From the human T2T-CHM13v2.0 reference genome, Homo sapiens: DNA of 64,000 nt. Both the position numbers and the translations under genes were made by a program. The notes below the pieces were generated by a model. The model did no database searches, was not told the origin of the DNA, and saw only the letters and a program-made list of their open reading frames with translations. This document shows, one piece after another, positions 12,611-22,680 of this stretch (position 1 is the first letter of the stretch; each line of letters opens with the position of its first letter). Location of the stretch: NCBI RefSeq assembly GCF_009914755.1, contig NC_060927.1, one strand, 5' to 3'.

Positions 12611-13419
12611 ATCCAGGCTAAGCACAGCAAGTACTGGGGAGCCTGGCCTCCCAACCTCTTCTTGAGGAAGCAGACCCTTCTGGGCAGAGCGGCTCTGCCT
12701 GCCCCCTCTCACCCTCTGGCCTGGCACCTCAGGGAGGGCAGACCACACCTGCAGTCTGTGTCGGGCCCCTCACTGCCCTGGCATCACTCTGGGGCTCTGC
12801 TGGGACTTTCTTGTTTGTTTTAAAGGAAAGTTGAGTGTTTCCTGAGTGTGCGTAAAGCCAATGTACTACTTAAACTGAGTATTTATAATTCTTTCTTTTA
12901 AGAAATAAAACAATAATAAAATACCATAAACCTTGCTTTAATTATTCACAGGTGTCAACTTGTAATCATCATGGGGAAAGGGCCAATGAGATGCCTTATT
13001 TAAAAAAGGCACTTGCCTGCTTTTCTTTGAAGTTTTGCTAAAATGCTTCATTATAACATGTTCTTGTTTATAAATAAATTCCAGCCTTTCAAAGTTTGGG
13101 TGTTTTTTGTTTTTGTTTTTGTTTTTGTGTGCGTGTTTTAAAAGTATTTAAATGAGATGATTCTAGATGAGGGTGATTGATTCACAGAGTGAGCCAGCCA
13201 GAGCTGTCTGTGAGTGACAGCTGTGGCTCCCCTGCCCTCCTGGGGCAGCATAGCTACCTTAGCTTGCTGTCAGCTGTGGTGTTTGTGAAGCTATCCATTG
13301 TGGATGTGTAGATTAGGGTGAATCCCGATTTGTGTGCTCGCATTTGCCTACCTGCTGGACTTACTGCCTGGCAGACAGCTCTGCACGTGAGCACATGTGC
13401 ACATATGGCCTGAGATGGG

Positions 13420-14240
13420 GCCTTCCCAGGACAGGGGAGAGTTCTCTGAGGGCAGATAGCAAGGGAACCAACCTGGGCTGAAGTCAGGGGAGGCTTCTCA
13501 GGTCCGAAGGAGGAGGAAGACTTACTAGGAGAAGATGAGCAAGGTGTGGGTAGAGAGGATTCTGGGCAAATGCAAAGGCCCCATGGTGGGAGAGAGCCTA
13601 ATGTGTTTGAAAACCTAAAAGGAAGGCATTTGGCATCTGGACTGGAGCCCAGAGACAAATGTGGGGTGAGAGGTGCTGTAGAGGTAAGTGGCACCAGACC
13701 ATGCAAGGCCAGTTCAAGTTCTGTCTATTCTTATGACGCAGCTGGTTTTGCAGGGTGGGTGATGTAGTGTGTGTGCAATTTATTTGTGTGTTTGAGGGAA
13801 AGACAGATGGTTTGGAGAACAGATTTGAGGGGAGCCAGGACCTTTCTGGGGACTAGTGGGGAGGCTGTTGCCATAGTCCAGGCAGATTGAGGTGGCTTGG
13901 ATCAAGCTGGCAGCAATCCAATGGGCATTAAAGGCATTCAGGAGATGGAATTAACAAGGCTTTGTGATGGACTAGATATAGGGACAGTGAAGGGGAGAGG
14001 CATATTACCGATGGACCCCAGATCTCTGGCTTCAGTGACAGGCCAGGTGGAGGAGCCGTTGGTGAGAGAGAATCCAGAACAATCTGGAGGGGAGAGTGAA
14101 CAGAGCCAGGAGTATGGCTTGGGCTTCACTAAGTTGGGGACGTTTGGGGAACCCACTTGGAAAGGTCTAGGAAGCAAGCTGACATAAGTGTCTGAAGCTC
14201 AGAGAAGTTTGGGATAGGACATATATTTATGTGCAGTTGG
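13420..14240 (-). mobile_element. L2 LINE fragment
   Basis: atgcaaaggccccatggtgggagagagc; gaggctgttgccatagtccaggcag; gacataagtgtctgaagctcagagaag. Confidence 0.7.
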
Positions 14241-14926
14241 TGGCTCCAACCTTGGTAGTTGGGGCCTCTGGCTAGAAAAGAAAAGTTAAAAAGCAAGCTT
14301 CAGCTGTTTCATCTAAAGTTATAATTCCGATGCTTTAAAGGCTCCCAACCCTCTTCTTGTTCATGGTGGGGGAGCCTTCCTAGTTGTGAAAGGGTCTGAG
14401 TGGCTCCAGCTTTGGCATATTAGGGTGCAGGGGAGGGTATTTCTAGGGACACTCTGGGAGAAGCTGCCCAGCCTGCATGGTGCTAGTGCCAGTCTGCAAA
14501 ATCTCCAGGTAATAGAGAGGGCAGGCCCCTGCCCACCCCCTTGCAGCCTCCAATGCTGCTGCTGTGGCAGCTGCTGCTGCGAAACAAACCAGGGTGACTG
14601 GGCGGAAGGTCAGGAGTTTAAGAGCTTGTTTGATTCAAAACTAGGCTAAAAGACAGGAGGGGAGTGAGCTGGTTTTCTGTGTGGATCCTGGTATTTTCCT
14701 TTGAGTTGGGGAGGAGAGTGGTGGGGCAGGGAGGGAAGGCCGGCCGCCAGAGGGAACGCTGCCAAGCAGAGCGCAGCTAATGTGAACCATACGGCGGCGG
14801 CGTTGGGCAGTGGCGGCCATCTCCCGCCCAGCTTAGTACAGCCCTTACTGCGGGCAGGGGTGCAGACAGGCAGGAAGGCAGCTCGGGCTGTGCGGCCACT
14901 TAACCCTTCCAGTGCTGAACTACAAG

Positions 14927-15122
14927 CAGGGCTCCTTCACCTCAGCACATTGATGTTTCAGCCAATAATCCTCTGTCCTGGGCACTGTAGATGTCTAGCA
15001 GCATCCCTGGCCTCTACCCACTAGATGCCAATAGCACCCTCTCCCAGCTGTGATGACCACAAGTGTCTGCAGACATTCTAAATGCCTCCTGGGGGGAAAT
15101 TATCCCTGGCGGAGAACCAGTG
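14927..15122 (-). mobile_element. MER20 hAT-Charlie DNA transposon (MITE)
   Basis: tgtcctgggcactgtagatgtctagcagcatccctggcctctacccactagatgcca...agacatt...cctggggggaaattatccctggcggagaaccagtg matches the reverse MER20 consensus, including both termini. Confidence 0.88.
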
Positions 15123-15559
15123 GCCTAGAACAGGCGGCCCCCTCAGCTGCTGGGCCTGCCTGGACTCTGATGGGCCTGCACCCTTCAGGGGCCCTGCCCC
15201 AGACACACCACATCCATGTTTGGAGTGCTGCCTGGGGCTGAGCATGTGGGGGTCGTTTTCCCATGAAGCAGGCAGCCATAGGGTCAGAGGGGAGACGAGA
15301 CCTACCCAGAGTTGTATGCCAGTAGGAGCCAGGGTCCAGGATTGGTGTTGCTCCACACATTCCCTGTCCCCCTGCTCCCAGGCATGGCCCCCATTCAGTT
15401 TCTGTGGTTTTAAGTGGGAGGTGTGCAGCCTGCCCCTGACTGGCTTCCTGGGGGGACTAATTCCTATGCCAGCCTTCTCTGCCTATTCAACATGCAGTTG
15501 CCCAAGGGAACATGGCACGGGTGTTTACCACACTGTTCTTATACCAAGAGTCAGTGCAC

Positions 15560-16030
15560 ACGAGCTCAGTGTCCAGCGGTGGGTCTGGTTCTCTAAACCG
15601 TGCGATACCACGTGCCCATCGAACACGATGGTGCAGATCTATGTGGAAAGACCACCATTAGAATCATCAGATCCGCGAGGACAGAGACTTTTGTCAGTCA
15701 TGTTCCTGGGCCCTTAATAAATGTCCTGTGAATAAATAAAATGCTAATTGCAAAACCAAATCTCAATATGTATGATTTGGTCCCATTATGTAGGAAAACT
15801 GTCTGCATATGTTTGTATACAAATGCATCAAAAAATCTGGAAGGAGACAGCAAACTGAGAACAGTGGCTGCATCTTGGAGGAGTGAGGGAAAGTGGAATT
15901 TAGAGGGCTGAAAGAGAGCTTTCATGTTTCAGTCTATTTAATTGGTGTTTAAATCTTTTACAACGAGCTGGTATTCATCTGTTTCTTGTGTGGCTTTTAT
16001 GAAAGAAAAAATATAAAGAACTGGAAAAAG
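15560..16030 (+). mobile_element. Ancient L1ME-type 3' UTR fragment
   Basis: aaaaaatctggaaggagacagcaaactgagaacagtggctgcatcttggag is typical of L1ME4 3' ends; A-rich finish at about 16005-16030. Confidence 0.55.
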
Positions 16031-19000
16031 AGCAACTTTTGTTCTGTCCTTCCCTGTTCTCTCTCACCTCCCTTGTGCCCTCACTCGGCTTTGGCCTGGA
16101 AAGTCCGTTCTCTGCTGGGGAGGCCTCTGTGTAGGGAGCCCAGGGGTCTGGCCTGGCACTGTTCTGCTGAGGGCCACCTCCTTTTCAGAAAGCTGGAATG
16201 GGCCCCTCCTCCTGGCCCCTGTGCATGGATGCCACCACTGGGCTTCCCTGTCCTCCCTGAGCCCTCCAGGAGCTCCCTGGCACCAGTTGGCATTTGCCCT
16301 CCACATGGCAGTGCCCTCCTTGCCTCTGTACGGTCTTCCCTCTGGGCCCTCAAGCTGGGGCTCGCACAGCAAGCGGCAGCCTCTACTTTATTGGGGAAGC
16401 TCTGGGCACCAACCCTCACCCCCTTCTCCTTCACTAGCCGCCCTGCATGATTCCCCTCCCAGCTGTTTCTGCTCATTTCTCTGAAGTTTTCAGCCCTTTT
16501 TCTCCTACTCACTGTTTTTTTTCCCCTCCACACTCCCCTCCTCGGAGATGCAGCCTGAGGCTGAGGCCGCATTGTTTGGTGACCTTCCCTGCTGTCCCAG
16601 GCTGCCTGCACATTATCATATACAAATACTTTCGTCCCTTTCACAGCAGCTGCCATCTTTGCTGACTCTTTCATTACCCCCTCCGCTTCAGCCTAGGCAA
16701 ACAGGTCTCTGCAGGTGGTGACAGTGATAATTTCCTGTCCATGGAAAGCCTGCTCTCCCCACAGCACCATAGCAGGAGCTTCTTCCCTTTAACAGGTGAG
16801 GGGAATCCAAGGTCCAGAGACGTTAAGTCACATATTTTAAATGTGGATCGGACCCTCCTTCTGAGCATACTTCTGTGCCTGTCCTGTGAGCAGCAATGGT
16901 TTATAACATCCCTGGAGCTGGCCCCTAATTTGGCTCCTCCATGGCCCAGCTTTCTGCATGCAGCTGCTCTGGGGTCCCTAGGAGTGATTGCAGCCCCTCC
17001 AGGGTCACTTCCATTTTAGCTGAGATTTGGGGTCTTGAGAGAGAAGGGGCCTGATGTGGTGTGGCAGCCTCCAGCCCACTTCTAGTAAGAGTATGTTCCA
17101 GAAACTTGACTTTGTATGCAGAGGTAGCATGGGTAAGTTGGGGATGGGGTGGATGAGGATGTGAGACATGAAGATACCAGCCTCTTGGAGGTTCTAGAAT
17201 CCCAAAACGCCAGGCAGTAAGGGGTTTGGGCCTGGCTCCAGGAAGTTCCTGGAGAGTTTCACCAGGATGGGGTTTGGCTGGGTCTCACTGTCTTCCTGGA
17301 TGGACCAGGGAGGACAGAACCAGCATGCCACCTCTGGGATCCACTCCAGGGCCTGGCTGGTTCAAGCATGTCCTAAGGACAGATAGGGGAGGAACCTCTG
17401 AGGCAGGCACTCAGGGGTCCTCCTCTGGGCCCTGTGCGGGGGTTTTGAGCCTTATGGCTGATGGGGGCCTGGCGACTTGCACTCTCCGGTTCTCAGCTGT
17501 TTTGTAGTTGACAGTGTGTGGGAAGCTGGGGCGTTCCCCTGAGTTAGTGGTGGTCGTGGGATCTGAGCAGGCAGTTGCAGACCTGATCCTGCTTTGGCTC
17601 TGGAGCCTGAATGGATTTCTGACAGGAGAAGCTGAGGCTGTCCAGCCTGCCTTGGGAACTTGGCTGCTTCACCAAGTGGGAGCTCTGAGACTCTCCCACA
17701 GGTCCCGTGCTCCCCACGTGCCCTTACAGTTACCTGCCCACCAGGGCCCAGAGGAGGGGCTACCTGGAGCAAGGGTGCCTGGACTGGGCCTCTGTCTTCC
17801 CCTGCTGTGAGCAGAGTTCTCACCTCCTGACCCCGACTTGGTCTAACCCTGTGACCCACATGAAATGCCAGCCACTGGTGGTGGGAAGTGGGTGGCTGGT
17901 CTCTTCCAAGCCAGGAGTGCATCAGCTCCAGCCTCCTTCCCTGCTGCCGGCCTCGGTTCACAGGGAGCCCTTTGAGGGGCTTTTTGATGTGCACCATGGA
18001 TGTTTGGCTTGACCAAATTTGTTTGCTTAAGCATTGCTCTTGCCAGTTCATTCGGACCTTCTCTTTCTTTTAAAAATATGCTGCTTGCCAAAGGTTATTT
18101 TGGATCTGTTTTTGTTTATCAGGTAGAATTGTTCCAGCGCAATTGAAAGCAGACCCACATGTTGACACGCACCGGAGCTGCTTGCCAGGACACGTGCACA
18201 TGTGCACACGCGCACATGCAGAATATGTGGCAGGCATCTCATCGTGAGCCCTAGAGTGTACACAGCTTAGGAAGGGGGACTGGGGAAGCTGCCCATTTCA
18301 CCGGGGACTTGGTATGTGAACATTTTCATCATCTAGGTGCCAGCACTGACAGACTTCAGGTGGGGAAAATCTAGGGACTGTTACCTCCTGGGAGAGGCAA
18401 CCTGGTGAGTCTGAGTACCTTGGGGTTAGGCTGGCTCTGCCGCTGGTTGCCTGTCATCCTTCCCTGCTCTGGCCTGGCTTCCTTCTCTGTGACTGATCTC
18501 CCGACTTCACAGGCTTTGTGCCAGGCTGTGGCTGACGGCCTTCGGGAAGCAAGCAGGGCTGGCCGGAAGTCAGCCAGAGTGAGGGACTAGAGCGCTGGGC
18601 TCCCTACAACTGTGCCTCCCTTTTAAGTGAGTAGCCTTTTCTTGGGAACACGGTTGGGTGCTTCCTGCCAGGAGGCCTGCAGTGGATTTCTTCTGAAAAC
18701 ACAGCTCTTTCTCCCCATCAGGACCTGCTGTGTATAAGCAGGCTGCTCAGAGGAGCCCTTTCAGGCACTGGCTTTGGGCCTTGCTCCCTTGCCCCTTTGG
18801 GGCCCTGTGGCACCTGGAAACACACAGAGGGACTAGGCGGTTAAGGCTCGTCCTCTTTCCCATCCCAGGACAGCCCAGCAGAAAGCTTGAGGATACTGAT
18901 TCAGCTCCAGGTCTCATTGAAGGGAGGACACTGTGTCCAGAGGGGTGGCTATGTTCGTTCGTTTGATTATTATTAGTGATAGTAACCAACTCAGATGAGC

Positions 19001-20270
19001 ATAAGGAAGGAAAGGAAATTTACTTGCTTCCACAAGTGAAAAGTCAGGGTACTTGTGCTCCAAGTATGGTAGTGTGGGGCTTGGAAGCTGTCAGTACTGT
19101 CTCCTTCCATGCACTTACTTTGTTCTGTGTGGCTCTACCCTCCAGGCAGCCCACGTCTTGTGGAACCCTAGGCAGCTCCAGACTGGCCTCTGTGCTTCCT
19201 TCCAGTTCCTCCTGCCCAGCAATGCTGCACAAGTGCTGAGATCTAGCCTTGTCCTGGGGCCGAATTGGTATAGACACTCAAGCACTGTCTCCCCTAGGAG
19301 TCAAGTGTCACCGTTAATGTCCTGTCAGGTGCAAGCCCCAGCTCTGCTGGCTCATAGAGCAGTCCACACCTTGGCAGAACTGGGTGTCCTTGTGGCTGGT
19401 GACATTTGTGTGAGGCTGCCCTCACCCCTGGCCTGCAGGAAGAACCCCTGTTTTGTTTCCAGTCTTAGACCAACAAAGGCATCCACACTGGGGAACTGGG
19501 GGAAGCTAAATCAGCACCCGCCCAAATGGGAGAGGGAGATCCAACATCTTAACATTATCTTCAGATTTTAAAAATGATACATACTTCTCCTTAAAACTTC
19601 AACACTACTAAGAAGGAGGTACATGTACCCTTCCCCATTTGCTGGAGAGCACGGGCGCTGCCATGTATCAGCCTCCCTCCAGCAGTTCCTGTGAGTAACA
19701 TACACGGCTACACCATGGCATGAGCCTTGGCAGAGTCATACCACCGTGCTGCTGTGGCACCTCCAGCCCTCCACCCCCCACACAACCTGAATGTCTCTCC
19801 TCTTTCAATAATGAAGATCCTATAGTCATGAAGCTGACTGTAAAGCCCAAAGTAATTATGTTTTATCTGAGTTTGGGAATCTTTCTAAAACGTATTTCAT
19901 ACTCCCGCCTTTCCTTGAACTACACAATTCTTCCTAGAATACTGCATATAATTCCATCTTTTCTTGACGACTAAAGCTTGTCTTGATGAACCAGTTGATT
20001 TTATAGGATTGGAGCTATAGAAATGCATGATCTGTTTGCTTCTCCACTAAATGACTTCATGCAAGCTGGAGGGCCTTGGGGGCCTGCCCAGTGCTGGGGG
20101 TTGGGGGTGGGGGATGGGGCTTCTGGCACTGTGCAGGCCACCAAGGCTCCTTCCTCAGTTACTGGAGCCTCAGAGAGGCTAAGATGCAAGCAGAGGGTCG
20201 GAGCAGGCTTTTGGGCACTCAGGGTTACCTGATGAGGGGAAAGCCTCTGCCCACTTGCCTTTCCCCTGAG

Positions 20271-20557
20271 AGACACTAAACAAATGACCAGGGTATGTGC
20301 AAAAGCCACAAAGGGAAGGGTACAAAATCCTCTGGGAATGTCCATCATGGACTATAGTCGAGTCATTTGATAGGACCCCATATAGCTGTACAAATTCATG
20401 AACTAAGACTGTACATGTCATAGGGGAGGCTCCTGGAGCCGCCACCACCCTGCCACTCCCCCATGTCTACACGGCTGTTCCCATGTCTGCACTGCACTCC
20501 TGTGCTTTACCTGAGCTATGTGTGCTTAACCTTAAGCGTTTAACCAGCATGCTTTAA
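20271..20557. repeat. Local composite duplication: inverted copy of 21781-21930 joined to a direct copy of 21410-21535
   Basis: By hand alignment, revcomp(20271-20420) vs 21781-21930 is 130/150 identical with no gaps. 20431-20557 vs 21410-21535 is about 87% or better outside a roughly 19-nt divergent middle. Confidence 0.95.
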
Positions 20558-20574
20558 CGTTTTTTTTTTTTTAA

Positions 20575-21190
20575 TGCAATATGTAAGGAGAAGCCACTGA
20601 AGGATTTTAAGCAGGGGAAGAGGGTAGGGAATAAGGACCCCTGGCCAGGTGGGAGTCTGGTTGGAGGGGTCCAGAGTGGGTGTGGAAAGCTGGCTGGGTC
20701 CAGGTGAGGGTTGATGACGGCTTGGTCTAGGGAGGTGTTGGGAGAGTGGGAGAGAACAGGCTGGGCTTAAGAGGTACCTAGGGTGCCTCAAGTCTTCATG
20801 ATGCCTTGAGCACGGGGCAAGATGAAGAGGTGGGGTCATGGGTACTTCTGGGTTTCTGGCTCACATGATGAGATGGGTGATGGTGCTGTGGATGCAGAAA
20901 ACCATGTGTGGGGAAGAAGGTGCCTCTGGCGTGGGAGCTATGGTGCTGCAGAGCCTGGGAGGCATGGGGTGGAAAGCCCAGTGCTGTCAGAGCCAGAGTC
21001 GAGAGTGTCCCCCTGGGTGCTCACACTGTGGGGCTGGAGAAATCAGCTTGGGAGAAGGCCTTGCTTTTGGAGAACTGTAGCACATAATGGCTGGGCAGCA
21101 GGGACAGGCCTGTGAAAGAGATGGCTGGGCCTGAGAGGTAGAGGGGAGTGAGGAGGGCCAGGGCTGGAGCACTGCCGTGTCCCCTCCTCC
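20575..21190 (-). mobile_element. L2 LINE fragment
   Basis: agaagccactgaaggattttaagcaggggaag is a characteristic L2-antisense motif. Confidence 0.6.
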
Positions 21191-21959
21191 TCACCACCTG
21201 TAGCATGTCCACTTCCTCTGTCCAGCCTGCAGGATCCTCTGTGTTTGGGTCTACCCTCTTGTGCTTCCCTACTGATCCCCAATCTGTAGTTGTTTTCAAA
21301 AATTTAGCCATGGTTTCCTCCCTCGCACAGCCATCACGGACACCAACCCAGCTCCCCTCGCCCACGCTCCCTTAGCCCATTCCTGTCCAGCGTCAGGCCA
21401 GTCCCACGTTCCTGGAGCCGCCAGCACCCTGCCACTCCCTGCCCCTTCACAGCCATCCCCATGTCTACGCTGCATTCTTGTGCTTTACCTGTGCTGTGTG
21501 TGCTTCACCTTAGGCGTTTAACCATCATTCTTTAAAACATTTTCAAATTTATGTGAAAAGAGAACTTGATAATATCTGTGAACTCATGAGTTTGCTCTGC
21601 TAGTTATATTTTTTCTATCTGGAATTTGATATAAGTACATCTCCCACATGGGTTTGTAGTCATGCATGTGTGTACAGCATTGTTTGCTCTGTCTTGTAGA
21701 TAAATGGTGACGCTCTGTGTGTACCCTATGCCAAGCTTGCTCTTCGCATTCAGCACTATGATTTTCAGGTTTCTCTTTGCTGATATGTACAGTCTCAGTT
21801 CATGAATTTTTACTGCTGTATGGGGTCCTATTACATGACTTGACTATAGTTCATGAGGGACATTCCCAGAGCATTTTGCACCCTTCCCTTTGTGGCTCTG
21901 GCACACATACTGGTCATCTATTCAGTGTCTGTCTCCACTACCCCTCCCTCACTGGAGTC

Positions 21960-22680
21960 TCCTTGCACACAGAGCTTGATCCAGGCGGGAAGCAGGAGGG
22001 AGTTAAACTCTACCTCCTTGAGAAAGGAGTATCTATGTAATTATTTGGAATTCTTCCTTACAGGAGACTTGTCTCTTCTCCCAGTTTATTAACTCAGTTA
22101 TGTATTTTTATCAGGCTAGACTTTGGATATGTATTTTATACTTTGGGTTATAATCCAATGCTACATTATTTTGCTGCTCAAATGGTTCCAGCCTTGACCA
22201 TGGAGCTCTATGAGGCCAGCTCCTGTGTCCTCTTGACATGGCCCATCCTTTTGTTTTCTGAGCACTTTCTGGCACTATAAGGTGTTCCAGGCTCATCCTG
22301 TTTCCTGCCCCAGACCTGGAATCAGCTACTTCTCCAAGGAGCCTGACACCTTCTATAGGAGAATGGTATTAGAGACAGGGTGTGTGCTCCTTGCTGCTGG
22401 GGCATCATTGCTTCTAGGTCCTTTTAGCAGATAGAGCTAGGAAAGAAATGTATATATAGCAACCCATATGTGCATATCTACCATTATAGATACAGAGGCA
22501 TCTACCTATCTGCATTTACATCAAGCTGAACATGAGCTCATGCTCTGTCTCTGACTCTAATCAAGTACACATGGCTCATTCTAGGCTTGCCTCCTTGCTT
22601 GTCTGTGACCTCCCTCCAACAGTATGATGTTTGGCTCCTGTCACCAGCATTCACTCACTTATTTGTTCCATCACAGTTCA
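21960..22680 (-). mobile_element. L1MC/L1MD-type 3' UTR fragment
   Basis: tattttatactttgggttataatccaat...gctcaaatggttccagccttgacca...ggaatcagctacttctccaaggagcc...gcttctaggtcc...gagctaggaaa. Confidence 0.75.

Noticed and set aside
12994-13010. CArG box in ccttatttaaaaaagg
   Set aside because: Twelve A/T bases lie between CC and GG rather than six, so it is not an SRF consensus.
20001-22092. Apparent paralogous peptides (MMDIPRGFCTLPFVAFAH vs MRDIPRAFCTLPFVALAH) suggesting a small gene family
   Set aside because: Explained by the DNA-level inverted duplication. Similarity appears in more than one frame and stops at the duplication edges.
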